This document shows, piece by piece, positions 11,847 through 26,095 of a stretch of 64,000 nt of DNA. Position numbers and translations under genes: made by a program. The DNA lies in NCBI GenBank assembly GCA_001938485.1, contig MQRK01218853.1:1-64000 (forward strand), in the 5' to 3' direction. Source of the stretch: Girardia tigrina (taxonomy: Eukaryota). The notes below the pieces were generated by a model. The model did not search any database. It was not told the DNA's origin and was given only the letters and a program-made list of their open reading frames with translations. Position 1 is the stretch's first letter; every line of letters starts with the position of its first letter.

Positions 11847-12373
11847 TGTCGTGTTCCCTCCTCTCTTCAACATCTTTGTAAGCTCTTAGCCCCCATCAGT
11901 TTTTAGAGTTCAACGGCAACTCTGACACATGTTTTATACTTCCTCGTACTAACACTTGACCGTATATGGGAAACAGATGCGTCTCCTCCGCTCACATCAA
12001 CAAGTTGTGTGTACGTCGGAGCGCCTTCGGGTTTTAACTAGTAACGAGTATGGCCCGACTGGTGGTCTCAGTTTCTGACGGGGTTGATAATTGCATTCGT
12101 TATGACTGACTATTGTTATTTTATACATCTGTTTCCGAAGAGTCTTGTATTTCGTGAACGAGGAGAGCCTCAAGGAAGCAAGCGATGATCAAACCGCGTG
12201 CCCCTTGCATGCTACGGTCTATCTTCGCCACCTCCAGAATGTTTCTCACCACTGTTAACATTTTCATAGCTTATTAATACTTTTATGATTTGTTCAATTT
12301 CAACAATATCTTGCATTCTCACCTTTAATTTAAATCGCGATCGCTGCATGTTAATTTTAAACCTATAATGACA
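11847..12373. repeat. LTR-like repeat, homologous to 30180-30673
   Basis: Starts TGTCGTGTTCCC; shares blocks such as gcgtctcctccgc.cacatcaacaagttgtgtgt..tcggagcgccttcggg with 30180-30673; right boundary approximate. Confidence 0.65.
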
Positions 12374-12669
12374 CTATGTGTTGATTCTATGAGTTCCTAT
12401 GTTTGTTTTAAACCATATTATGCCTCCCTAAATTTTTCTATTTAATTCACGTCACTTTATGTCTCTTTAATTATTTAATAGAATTAAAGGAACGATAATA
12501 CGCTCATCAAAATTATATAAAACTGTTTCGAAATATTTTTAAATGTGATATTTGATTATTGCGGATTTTAATCTGACTTCATAACTTATTGCAACCTCAC
12601 TAATGTTACAAAATATATCGTTCCAATCGTCGTTTAATAACATCGTAATTTTGATCATCATTTATCTAT

Positions 12670-15260
12670 CAATTGTATGTGTATCCAAGAAGAACTCAGA
12701 AGAGATACGCATGTGTTTAGATTTTAGATTATTGAACGCTAAATCAGTGAGGCCAGCTTTTCCTCTTCCAAATGTTAACGAGATGATGGGACTCTCTGCA
12801 CGGATCAAAATATTTTTCAACTATTGACCTAGGTAGTGCGTATTATCAAGTCGAATTAGAAGAAAAATCAAAAGAAAAGACTGCATTCTCTACAAAATAT
12901 GGTCAATACTGCTTTAACAGAATGCCGTTTTGGATTGCAGCAGCCCCATCGACATTCCAAAAATTGATGTCAATAGTTATTGGAGATATTAATTGGAGAG
13001 AGAGTTTAGTATACTTGGATGACATTTTAGTTTTTCTAAGACTTTGGAGGATCACTTAAGGATAATAGAAAAATTATTCACCAGAATATCTGGCGCGGGT
13101 CTGAAATTAAATCCTGATAAATGTAAATATCTTGTACCAGAAATAAAATTTTTAGGTCATATAATAAATTCCGAAGGAATAAATACTGATATGGATAAAA
13201 TTGATGTTATAAAGAAATTCGAAAGACCAAAATGCGTAAAACATGTGAGAAGTTTTCTCAGTCTAGTCAATTACTATAGGAAGTTTATTAAAGACTATTC
13301 AAGATATTCAAGACCGTTAGAATTATTAATAAATGTTAAAAATAAAAGTATTGTCTGGACGAATGAATGTGACAGAGCTTTTACGGAATTGAAAGAAAAA
13401 TTGTTGAATACTCCTATTTTAAGATACCCAGATTTTTCCCAAGAATTTATTCTTGACACAGATGCGAGTTTCGATACAATCGGAGCGGTATTGTCACAAA
13501 CAGACAGAGAGGGCCGAGAAAGAGTCATAACTTTTGGATCTCGGAGCATGACTAAGCATTAACTTGGATATTGCATAACAAGGTAGAAATTATTTGCAGT
13601 ATTTCATTTCACGCAACATTTCAAACATTATCTTTATGGTAAAAGATTCATTTTAAGGGCTGATCATCGAGCCATCACATTTATGTTCACGACTAGAAAA
13701 CTGATTACTGCACAATTCCAGAATTGGATAAATTTTTTGAGCAGCCTGAACATAAAATTAGAATATCGAAAAGGAGAGAAGCATGGTAACGCAGACGGAA
13801 TTTCAAGAATGAACACTGAGTTGTGTAAACACTGTAAAGTGTCAGATGGAACATATAGATGCAAAAAAACAAAGTGTCAAACAAGATTGTTGGCAATGGA
13901 TCAGGAGAATTTTATACCCTCTCTGCAAGAAGATTGTCAGAAAATTAAAGAAATAAGTAAAAAATGTGAACAAAAGAATGTTTAGAATATAATATTGTAG
14001 ATGGACTTGTTCGAAAGAAAAACAAGATATATGTACCGAGAGAGAAAAGAGAGGAATTTATAAAACTCTATCACCGCATATTATGTCATGCAGGCCCTCA
14101 AAAGGTTTTTAAATTTCTATAGGATAATTATGATCAGTTTGAAGAAACAGTGAGAAACATTGTTCGGAGTTGTAAAATCTGTCATGAAGGAAAGGCTTTT
14201 ACAGAGAAAACTAAAGAAGTCAGCCAAACTCTAACAGCGAAATAACCGTTTGAATCATTATATATAGATTTTTGTGGACCTTTGAGAACAACATTGTCGG
14301 GAAAAAATATATACTTGCGATCATTGATCAGTTTTGTAAGTATATAATGCTGAGACCAGTAACAAGCCAAGACGAGAAAACATTAGTGAAAATACTAACG
14401 GAATATTGGATACTAAAATTTGGAACTCAAAAAGTAATACATGATGATAATGGCAGATGTTTCGTATCAACAATATTCAAACAATTAGCAAAAAAGTACA
14501 ATTTTGACATTCAATATTCAAGTCCGTACTATCACCAAGCGAATGGGCAGATAGAGAGACAATTCCGTACTATTCGAGGGTGGCTCTACTGTTGTATCAA
14601 GGATAAATTATTTCGAGATTGGGAGGAATGCCTTCTACACATTGAGTTCACAATGAACTCAACTATTCAGAAAACCAATATGTGTAGCCCAGGAGAAGTA
14701 ATATTTGGTAGAAAATTAAGCATTGATCGATTTGTAGAAGTTAATGAGGACACAAAAGGTAAATGGATAAGATACAAGAAAATAGCTCAGTTTATGGAAC
14801 ATACAGGATCAGAAAAAGAGAAAGTAACCAGTCGATGTTTTGAAATTGGTGATCTTGTATATGTGAAAATCGAGAATCGATAGAAACAGGAGAAGAGATA
14901 TGATGGTCCATACATCGTAATAAGAAAGAATCACAAGAGAAGTTACCGACTACAGAAAAGTGACCGAACGGAAATTGTTCGGAATGTAGAGTGGCTTACA
15001 CCTAGTCGGGCGGGGAGATGTGAGTAGGAATAGTTACATAATAAATATTGTTTGTTACTACCTGAAATAACTAAGATTACTTACGTAGTAATTATTGTGT
15101 GATTGCTGATCACATTGATTGTGTAAAATCAGTTGTGATGATACAATAAAATGGGTTACTTGTCTGATGTTGAATGTATGCTGAATGTATGTTGATAGTA
15201 TATGTGTGTTTGAGAGTGTAAACCAATGAAAAGGCTTTGAAAATGTGAGTCATTATAACA
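12670..15260 (+). mobile_element. Gypsy LTR retrotransposon remnant: RT-RNaseH-integrase, PPT, 3' LTR
   Basis: RMCLDFRLLN, YLDDILV, DTDASFDTIGAVLSQ, HDDNG..SPYYHQANGQIER; many stops; purine-rich gggcggggaga then TG at 15019; LTR ends about ..aaca 15260. Confidence 0.88.
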
Positions 15261-18106
15261 TCACTATTTTCCCCATTAAATAGTCGAGATTATGGATATT
15301 GTGTTATAATTAATAAATCTTAGAATCATTCTTAGTCATTCCGAAGTAAAAATTTTTTGAAAATAAATAAATATTTATAATATAAATATATATTTCTGTA
15401 AAAAACAAAGTCAAATTTTAATTTGATATTTTTACACAAAAAGTTATTTTAAATGATTTTAAAAATTAATAATATTTAAAAAACAATTTAAAGCTTATTT
15501 ATTTAATTTTAATTTGCATGTAAAAGGTGTTTTGAAAAGATATTGAATTAATTCAGTATTTTTTCACTCGGAATTTTAAAAATTGATTTTATATTTTCTG
15601 TCAACAAAATGAGATATTTTAAATAAAGTTTACATATGTTTATAAAACTTGATAAAACTTTAAATTTTAATTCATTGAATTTAAATTTCTTTAATTTTTG
15701 GTTCGATTCTTAAAGAGAGATCCGATCATTATATTTTCAAGACTGTTTATTAATTATATTAATTACAATTATTATTTGTAAAAAAAGTTATTTTGATATC
15801 TTTTCAAGAACTCAATCGTCATGACAAGTTTCTAAAAAAAGTGTTTTATGGATCATAGAAGAAAAGTAAATATTATAAGAATAATGAGGAGAGGACAAAC
15901 TTTATATTCTTCTGTCATTTTCTGTAATTCTTTCATATTTTGTTATTGTTTTTTTTTCATTTTAACTTTTTCCATGTAAAAATAAATATTGACAAATTCA
16001 GTTATTTTTTATTTATTTTAATATTTTATTCAAGAAATTTTATTTTCGTTAAATGAATAAGATTTTCATTTTTATTTTTGAGTCAAATTTAAAAATAAAT
16101 TATTAATTATAATTATTATCTAATGAATTATTCAGTAATTATAGAACTATAACTAAAAATTAATATGTTATTAATTATTAATTTAAATTATAAAATCAAT
16201 TATTAATTAAATGAATTTAATATGAATTAAATTTGTTTTAAAGATGTGAAACGTTTTTTTGTTAATTTGATGTATCATTCATTTGTATTTTAGGTTTTCC
16301 ATATGAAAAGTTTTTCGATCAAGTCTTAAAATAACTGTAGTATGAATTGGGATTAATAATTCAGTTGTTTAAATCGTTGAATTGTGTCTTGTTAATTAAA
16401 TTTAAAAATTATTTAAAAATTCATCGTTTATATTTATTCTTTCTGACGACAATAACATGTGAAGCTTGTTTCATGAGATGGAAGCAGATGAGTTTTAAAA
16501 TTAAACATATTTTAAAGTGAGTGACTTCATAGAAAGACAACAACAATTCCATTAACAACAACAAGAAGACAAGTGTTAGTAACAGTGAATCAAAACATCT
16601 TTGATAATCTTTTAATATCTTTTATTAGTCATATATAATTATCTATGTATAAAATTTATTTTAATATTTTTAATTTCTCTATTTACATATATTTTATTTA
16701 TTTTTATATTTTTTCCCCCAATTTTGAAAGATTTTTTAATTTTACATATTTTTTAAATAAATAATTAAATAATAATAGTAATATAAACAGTATTTTTACT
16801 ACATGTATATAATATTGCTTAAGTATTAAGTTATAATTATAAAATATAAATGCTTTAAAATTATAAAAATTATTTCAGAATTAAAATTTCCGAATTTATA
16901 TTTAAAGTTTCAATTCTAAAAAAATGCAAATCGAAATCGAAAATCTCCAATTCAAATCAAAAATCTCTGGTATAAATCAAAAAAAAATAATAGGAATAGA
17001 AATAATAAGTTTTGTTACTGTCATTTTCTTTGAGTCGAGTATTGGGAACTGTTTTTTTAAATAATAATATGGGATTTTATTTTTTTGTCACACCAAGATA
17101 CTTTGTAAATTTATTTATTTTCTTTCAAGTTACTCTTTAATTACTTGAATTATTAGTTAATTAATTTCTCAAGAAATGATATTAGATACGAAATTTTAAT
17201 CAAAAGTTCATTTAACTTATCCATGTAACCATCAGTTTTTTAGCATATGTTGAAGACAGAGACAAAAATCTAAATAAAAGTTTTATCAATTTTGTTGATT
17301 TGTCTCCTAACGACTCGAATTCCTCAAATGATCAAATTTTAATGCAGTGAGAAACCATTCTGTTCAAGTTCAACCGTGAAAACAGTATTTAAATGTACAT
17401 AAATCATATAAAACCAAACTGGCAACATGTACAATTATGCAGATATTTTTAAAAATTTATTTTCCTAATGTTTTTGTTAATTCAATATGGTGTTATTTTT
17501 TAATAAATTAATTATATTAAATTAAATAACTAGATATATTTTAAAAGGTAAAATGTGAATTTTTTTTCTAAAATTTTATTTTAAAATATAGTTTATAGAA
17601 CAAGAAATTGAAAAACAAAAATATTAAAATCATATTATATCCTAGAAATATATTTTTTATCACATATTTTAAAATAATCTTTAACATTAAGTTATCCACT
17701 TGATATATATTAACAAAAATTTGATGTACATAATAAATAAAATATACTTTTATTTTTAAAAAATAAATAAAAATAAATTTATTTAAAAATAATAAATTTA
17801 TTCAAAACATAAACTTGAAAGATTAATTAAATGATTAATATTATAAATGGATAAATTTTATTAAAATAGTGAAAATTCGTAATTTTAAAAACATTCTTTA
17901 AATGTAATTTAAATTTAAAATCTCATTTTAAATGACACAAAATTTTTGCACTAAAATCAAATTTTTAATCATTTTAAATAGTTTAAAAAATTCTTAAAAA
18001 TATATTTAACCAATATAATTTTAAAAATAATTAATTTGAATTTTAACTTTACCATTTAATAATTAATTATTTAAATTATTATACTATTAACAAATCAATA
18101 TATAAA

Positions 18107-18196
18107 ATGGATGAAGAAATAGCAGGAATGACTTATGAGGAAATGAGATTGAGACTTTCGTTAATAAATAGTGAGATCAAAATTTTAGAATCCGAT
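18107..18196 (+). pseudogene. PSMC3: Duplicated 5' fragment (30 codons) of PSMC3
   Basis: Near-identical to 19381-19470 (two synonymous differences), plus a similar ~30-nt leader; diverges abruptly at GTATTA. Confidence 0.8.
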
Positions 18197-19380
18197 GTAT
18201 TAATTTATAATAATAGTTTAATAATTTATAATTAAATTGCCATTTTATTCATTTATGAAAAAATGAAAATATAATTTCGTACAGAAAGTAATAAAATAAA
18301 TCAAAAGTTTTTGATATAAAGAATTTTAAAAATTAATATATGAAACTGAAAATTTAAAATAATTAAAAATAAATATTTTTTAAATATGTTTGAACAAATA
18401 TAATCTAAGAAAATAATTAATGAAAATTATTTGTTAATTAATTATTTTAAAAAATAAAAGCATAACATTTTCATATCTTGATTTTTATTTAATTATTTTT
18501 TTAAAAAAATAATCTTTGCATTTATATTAAATTTATTTAAATAATAATCAATTTAATAATTAATACTTATAATTTTATAATTGTGAGAAGCGGTTGCAAT
18601 CTCAATATCAGGATTCATTTTTTTAAACACCAAAATTTATTTATTCACATCTTTAAAATAAATTTTCCTATTAATTTAATATTATCGACCCAAATTAATC
18701 TATTAAATTCTTTTCGATTTAATTTTCAAAATCCTGAAAATTTATTTCGAAATCTTATTTCAAAAATTATTTAAACTTTACTTTCAAAATTTATTTCAAA
18801 GTTTTTTTTAAATTGCTTATTAAAAATATTTTTATTTATAAATAAATATTTAATATTTTTGTTTTCTTGACATTTTTAATTTTAAGATATTTAATAGATA
18901 NNNNNNNNNNNNNNNNNNNNNNNNNNNNNNNNNNNNNNNNNNNNNNNNNNTATCATTTTTAATTTTAAAATATTGAATAAGCATATTAACATAAAAATAT
19001 TTTACCCTTTAAATTAAAAAATAATAAATTATTCAGGCGAGATAAAAATTTAAATTAACCCCTCGTAATAATTATTCACCGAGTTTATTAAATAAAATTA
19101 TTTTTCAATTTTTACTTTAAAATTAAAATGACAATTTTATTCATCTAAAAGACATAATTTGTTGCAGAAAGTAATAAAATAAATTCATGAAACTTATTTA
19201 AATTACAGTTTTTGTAAAATATTATTTGAGGTTCTAAAATGTAAAATATTACAAAAAAAGTTCTTTTTAAATAAGTCTTATCAAATAAAATTTATGAAAA
19301 TAATTATCTAAAAATTATATTTTATCATATTATAATTATTTATTATAAAAGTTATACTATTAAAATATTAAATATATAAA

Positions 19381-20610
19381 ATGGATGAAGAAATCGCAGG
19401 AATGACTTATGAGGAAATGAGATTGAGACTTTCGTTAATAAATAGTGAGATCAAGATTTTAGAATCCGATCAAAAATCTTTGGAACACGAACTTGGTGAA
19501 AAACGAAAAAAAATGAAAGGTGTACAGGATACAACCGAAAAATATAAAGTTTGTCCTCTTCTCATTGCTCATGTAGCAGAAGTAGATGTTAAAGAAGAAG
19601 ATACATTTGAAGAAGGAGATACAAACTTGTATAAACAAACAAAAGGAAAAAATATTATTATCAAAACAACTACAAGAGAAGCAATATGTCTAGAAAATAG
19701 AGGTTTGTTAGATGATGAAGAATTAACACCAGGAGATTTTGTTGCTGTCAATAAAGATTCATTCATACTTATTGAAAAGATTCCTTCTGAGATCGATCCT
19801 CGAGTAAAAGTAATGGAAATAGACGAAAAACCGACCGAACAATACAGCGACATTGGAGGATTGGACAAACAAATTCAAGAGTTAATAGAAGCGATTGTTC
19901 TACCGATCACACACAAAGATAAATTCGAAGCNNNNNNNNNNNNNNNNNNNAAAGGAGCTATTATGTACGGTCCTCCTGGTACTGGGAAAACACTTCTCGC
20001 TCGAGCTTGTGCTGCACAAACAAATGCAACATTTATGAAGTTAGCTGGACCTCAACTTGTACAAAAGTACATTGGTGACGGAGCAAAAATAATCAGAGAG
20101 GCCTTTCAATTAGCGAAACAAAAAGCTCCGACTATTATTTTCATTGATGAATTAGATGCGATCGGAACAAAACGATTTGATAGCGAAAAGTCAGGAGATC
20201 GCGAAGTTCAAAGAACGATGTTAGAGTTACTGAATCAACTGGACGGATTCCAATCGAGTGACGGAATAAAAATTGTAGCAGCTACAAATAGAATCGACAT
20301 TCTCGATCCGGCTTTGTTGAGAAGTGGCAGAATCGATCGAAAGATAGAATTTCCAGCACCGAATGAAGAAGCTCGAGCAAAGATCATGCAAATTCACAGT
20401 CGTAAAATGGCTGTTTCNAAAAATGTTAATTTCGAAGAATTATCGAGATCAATGGAAGATTTCAATGGAGCACAATGTAAAGCAGTTTGTGTAGAAGCCG
20501 GAATGATTACTTTAAGACGAAACGGAAATGAAGTTTCTCACGACGACTTTATGGACGCGATTTTAGAAGTTCAGTACAAGAAGAAAACACAATTGACATA
20601 TTACGCATAA
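19381..20610 (+). CDS. PSMC3: 26S proteasome regulatory AAA-ATPase Rpt5 (subunit 6A), intronless
   Basis: [14 protein letters not shown], Walker [17 protein letters not shown], Walker [30 protein letters not shown]-terminal HbYX TYYA. Confidence 0.96.
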   Translation: MDEEIAGMTYEEMRLRLSLINSEIKILESDQKSLEHELGEKRKKMKGVQDTTEKYKVCPLLIAHVAEVDVKEEDTFEEGDTNLYKQTKGKNIIIKTTTREAICLENRGLLDDEELTPGDFVAVNKDSFILIEKIPSEIDPRVKVMEIDEKPTEQYSDIGGLDKQIQELIEAIVLPITHKDKFEXXXXXXXKGAIMYGPPGTGKTLLARACAAQTNATFMKLAGPQLVQKYIGDGAKIIREAFQLAKQKAPTIIFIDELDAIGTKRFDSEKSGDREVQRTMLELLNQLDGFQSSDGIKIVAATNRIDILDPALLRSGRIDRKIEFPAPNEEARAKIMQIHSRKMAVXKNVNFEELSRSMEDFNGAQCKAVCVEAGMITLRRNGNEVSHDDFMDAILEVQYKKKTQLTYYA

Positions 20611-21835
20611 ACGAAAATATATTTTATATTGAGTTTAAAAAAACATTTTATCTTAATTTATTTTAGTTAATTTGTTAAAAATCTAAAAGAAAATCATTAT
20701 TTTAACTTATTACTATTTTTTCAGTAATATTATATTTTTTCTTATAATTATAGATAATATTACTATTTATATTAATTACTATAATAATAAAAGTTTCATC
20801 TGAAAGAAAATTTAAAAGGTTGGTATATATGTTGGATTTTATTAAAATTATCTTTAATTTCAAATTTTTACTTTTAAAAACACAACTCTTAAATCTTTAT
20901 CTTTAATCTTTATTCTTTAATCAATAATTTTAAATCAATAATTCTCAATCAATAATCTTTATTCTTTGATCTGACTCCAATTAATCAGAAGGGACTTTCA
21001 ACATAAATATATGAATAATGAACATAAATTCTTTTATGAAACTTTATTTCAAATAACAAATATTGACAAGACACAAATAATGATAATAATTCAATTCTTT
21101 GATGACAGAATACAAATACAATCAATATTTCGTACGAGTTAATAGATTACAATAAAAACTGTGAACCTCCCAAAACGAACGATATTGTACTCTTTAAATT
21201 ATTAAACCCTCTTCTCCCATACAGGGTACTTATGGTTTAATAATATTTTCAAAAGAATAAAATAAAAATAAAATAAGTTTTTACGTTACTTGTTAACACG
21301 ACTTCTTCTTGGCTAAATTTCTTGCAAATATTATTGGGCAAATTTTTGGACAAACTAAAACTAGATTTGCTGTTGTTTATATAGTAATTTTCCTCAGCCT
21401 TGAAAATTGATGAGATAAACAAAGACTAAAATATTTATAATTTTTGATGAAGTAAAACAAATATTTATAATTCTTTATTCCAAGTTTTGTTAAACTAAAT
21501 ATTATTTTGTTTGAAGTTAATAATTTTACTAAAAAAATTATTTTAAATTTTTACTTATATAAAATTTTATCAAGAAGTGTTCATATGCATTTTCCAAAAC
21601 CCTAACATATATAATTTTTTATTAAGGTGAGTAAATTTTTTGCTCTATTATTTAGGAATAAAATTTTATTAAGTTGGATAAAAAAGAAAACATTATCCAA
21701 AGAAAAAGAGAAAACACATTACAATTATTAGTAATAATTAATTAATAAGCTTTCTAAATTTGTAATTTAATTTAATAATTTATTTTGATAATTTTAAAAA
21801 ATAAAACGTAAAAAATATTAAGAAATCATTATAAT

Positions 21836-22344
21836 AATTTTTAAAAAACAAAAAATTTTCGTCAAAATGTATTGTTATTAATATCGACGGATCAACCGTG
21901 ATCATCAGACTGAATTAACAATGATATACTCGCATTTATATATGAAAGCAATGTTTGTAATTTATGTCATTTAAATCATGAAAATACTTTCAATAAAGTT
22001 GAAGAGGATGGTGTTTGGATATTGATTTTTAGATCAAAAAATTTGATCAACAATGCTTCATACATCACCCTCTCCCAGTAATTATCAAATTGTGAACACA
22101 AAATCTTAAAATTACTAAGCACAACGTTACTATTCAAATAGTTTTTCTTATGTTGAGCAATATTGCTATCACTTTCTCTGCGATTATGTTCCTGAATCCG
22201 TTTACAGAGATGAACAGATTCATAAACATTGCTTTGATATATAAACGCGAGTATATCATTGTAAATTCAGTCTGATGATGGCGGTTGATCCGTCGAAGTT
22301 ATTAACAATATATTTTGACGAAAATTTTTTGTTTTTAAAAAATT
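21836..22344 (-). mobile_element. 5'-truncated Penelope-like element: GIY-YIG C-terminus between inverted pseudo-LTRs
   Basis: Minus frame about 22213-21976 reads HLCKRIQEH..SNIAQH..NFKIL..ERVMYEALLIK..INIQ..LKVFS*. Inverted arms about 21836-21962 / 22217-22344 each carry CTGATGA-stem-GA hammerhead-like cores. Confidence 0.82.
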
Positions 22345-22678
22345 CCTTATCGTCATTTTTTACATATTTATATTATAATAATTATTAATAATATTACAAG
22401 TATCTCAACAGTTACAGGTTTTTATACAATACATATAACATCATTCTTATTTTTGACATTTGTAATTTTATTTTGACTATTAAGTACAGTAAAAACCGCT
22501 TAATTGAAGCACATTGGGACATAATATTTTTGGTAAAATTTGATCTTATTATAAAAACATTGATTTTTTTAAGTTAAAACTTGAAATAACTTGTTTTTGT
22601 AAGGTTCAAGTACAATAATTGTTGCATCATTATGCGCCTTTCAATAGTTACATTAAAAGTTACATAGTTACAATAGTT

Positions 22679-22753
22679 ACATTACAATATCTAATGAACG
22701 TCCTATGTAATAAAATTATAATGTTTAATAAACGCTATTTGAAAATTATATAT

Positions 22754-22819
<66 letters not shown>

Positions 22820-22896
22820 GTATATATAATTTTCCAATAGCGTTTATTAAACATTATAATTTTATTACATATGACGTTCATTAGATATTGTAATGT
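22679..22896. repeat. Near-perfect palindrome with about 80-bp arms around a (TA)n core
   Basis: acattacaatatctaatgaacgtc...tatatac mirrored by gtatata...gacgttcattagatattgtaatgt. Confidence 0.85.
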
Positions 22897-22903
22897 TATA
22901 TTT

Positions 22904-22957
<54 letters not shown>

Positions 22958-23293
22958 TATTTTAAGGTGGTAAAACATATATAGAGTAGTATAATATATT
23001 AACATGTATATATGTATAGAGTAAATATATAATACTCATCTACTAATATAAAAATAATTATATGGATTTTTATTAATTTGTTTTAATGCATCACTTGTAG
23101 TAAATAGACACAAGGCGGGAGTTTGAATTTTGAATTGTAGATTCTTCAAATAAAGAACAGTGCGGGACTTTGAATTGCTAATTCTCTAAATATAATCGAT
23201 TTTTGGTACAAATTCATGTCAATATGTTTTACACTTTGCTAGCCTAGGCTAGCCCTTAATCCATCCAGTTTACCTACCATATCACCAATATTA

Positions 23294-23703
23294 ACGGATA
23301 ACATGAAATAGTAGGACACCTACTATTTTAATAGTAGGTGGAAAAAAAATTGAAAAGGCGCCCAATATTGGTTTACACCTACTATTTGGTGCTTTTGTTT
23401 TGANNNNNNNNNNNNNNNNNNNNNNNNNNNNNNNNNNNNNNNNNNNNNNNNNNNNNNNNNNNNNNNNNNNNNNNNNNNNNNNNNNNNNNNNNNNNNNNNN
23501 NNNNNNNNNNNNNNNNNNNNNNNNNNNNNNNNNNNNNNNNNNNNNNNNNNNNNNNNNNNNNNNNNNNNNNNNNNNNNNNNNNNNNNNNNNNCGATACACC
23601 TACTATTTGATTCCACCTACTATTTTAATAGTAGGTGGAAAATTTTTTGAAAACTTCATTACACCTACTATTTCATGTCCACCTACTATTTGATGTTATC
23701 CGT
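23294..23703. mobile_element. TA-flanked MITE with cacctactattt subrepeats
   Basis: TA|acggataacat.aaatagtagg ... cctactattt.atgttatccgt|TA; internal N gap. Confidence 0.75.
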
Positions 23704-24404
23704 TAGTATACAATCTATTGAAGTCATAAATGATTATGGTCAATATATTAATACTATGGATATATATGAATATGAGCGATATATAGTCTGTTGTGTATTA
23801 TAAAGATGTACAATTGTGCAATTATTCAACCTTTTCGTTGACTTTGATGCTTTATGAAATGTATATCAATATATGAGTAGAGGTAATTATACTATAAGAC
23901 ATGTATTACATATATCTTCATCAATGAAAAAATGCATATATTACATGATTTTACATGAAATCATGTATTTGTCTATGTTTTTCAGTAATTTATGTAAATT
24001 TTTATATATACATTCTTACAAAACCTATAAATAGTTTACACATTACATACAGATTATAGCCTGCCTAGACTTAGTGCAGCCTATCTAGTCCTAATCCATA
24101 CATGTAACACATAGATTGCATTTACTTTGATGAATTAAGTTTCAGTGTGCTATATAATCATAATATAATACAAATAGATAATAATATAACATGTAAACAC
24201 CATAGAAACATTTGAACTGGGTTTACTGTGTTGTGAATCACTATATGATCACAGCTTGTGATCATATAGTATGTATATAATGTAATATATGTATATTAAA
24301 ATGTTCACTTTTTGAAAGGTTGATAAGGTAATGGTTGATACAATTAGGGTCACTTTTTATCGCTGTTAAGGTAGATTTGAAGGTTTTTATATACAAATGG
24401 CTGT

Positions 24405-24620
24405 TCAAGAGGTGATTGTGATGGTTGATGATATGGCTAATAAGGTGTTTTTAATGGTTGATATGGTAATTTTGATGGTTTTTGAGGTAAATTTGATGTT
24501 AATGATATAGTTGATGAGGTATATTGGATAGTTGATATGGTGATTTTGATGGTTGTTGAGGTACATTTGATGGTTGATATGGAAAATTTGATTTTGATGG
24601 TAATGGTTGATAAGGTAGTT
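24405..24620. repeat. Degenerate GT-rich minisatellite (gatggttgatatggtgatttt-like)
   Basis: Repeated atggttgat / gatatggt units. Confidence 0.6.
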
Positions 24621-26095
24621 CTTATAGTATTTTATATGTTATTCAGTATTTTCTGTATTTTTTACATGTTTAGTTGTGCATTGATGTGATGAATGCAATA
24701 CGTTCACATGATGGATGCATGACGATATCACTTTGGGTGCGACCATGTTTTGAAGCGTTGATTTATTGGTTGATAACATAGTATAATATCATAATATAAT
24801 ACATATCTATTATATAATATTTACACACATAATGTGCATATGTTCGAAAAAGCACTACATATTGATTTTTTCAAAAATCAAAGATCATATTCTGACTATT
24901 CATATATGAGTTACTATCCATGTGTTCAAACAGATTTTTCATATTTTGCTTGCTTTGCCCTTTATACCCTATGAGAGTTCGACCCCACTTTAAACTATAT
25001 TATATTAAAACATGAATATATTGTACTTTGTACAATTGTGAACTTATTTATTTTACACACTTGCACATGTGAAGTATTGATTAACACATGTGCAGCCTGC
25101 CTAGGATTAGTGCATTATTGATTAGAACATGTTCAGTATTGATTAGCACATGTGCAGACGAGTGGAGTATTGATTTTTGCACTTTTTTGTGTAATTTTGA
25201 TGGTTTTTACATGTTTTCGGTGATTTTTAAGGTGTTTTTAAATGTGTTTTTCATGGTTTTAAAGATAACAGTGATAGTTTCTAAGGTGTTTTAGATTATT
25301 TTTATATATAATATTAAAAGGTTATGCATCATGGTTACGGTAATCATGGTACTTTTGATGGTTAATGTCTAGGCTCAGCTACTTTGGCAGATCATGTACA
25401 TGTTATATATAATGTCCATGTACGTTTTAAGTACTATAGGAGTTTTATACATGTAGATTTTACATGTAAAATAAAAGGTTATGTATCTTGGTTACGGTAA
25501 CCATGGTACTTGTGATTGTTAATGAGATACATTAGGCAATTCATGAGGTATTGTTTGATGGTAGACAGCATACATATATCATAGGAGTTTCAGATATATA
25601 CGAAAAAAACAATTTTGAGCACTTTTTTAAAATTTCAGAAATGTTCGAAAATATCTATATTTCAGCACTTTTTCGAAAATGTTGATGTGGAATCAGAATG
25701 TACGTATATGGGTTACTATTCAAGTGCATGAGCACTTTTTGATATTCTGCTTCCTTGTACATCTAAAATCGATGTGAACTTTGTGTAAATTTGCACATTA
25801 TGTTCATTATAGGGAAAAGTAATCAATATATGAAGATTCTAATTGCACATTCAGATAGAAATTCAAAATGTGCATCAAACACATGATATCGATTATTGAT
25901 ACTAACACTTTTAAAAAATTTGATGTATTGATTTTTGCACTTTTGTACATGTGGAACTTAAAAAGCACTATGCTAGTACATTAGAAATGTGCGGCACAAT
26001 GTGCACTATCGATTAGCACTTTAAAAGTATCGATTAGTACCTCTGGGCACTGTGCAGCGATTGATTAGCACTTTTTTCTTTGGTTGCTATAGATA

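Noticed and set aside
22984-23000. agtagtataa as a second Polinton terminus
   Set aside because: Only about 10 bp match in AT-rich DNA; no TIR partner or TSD.
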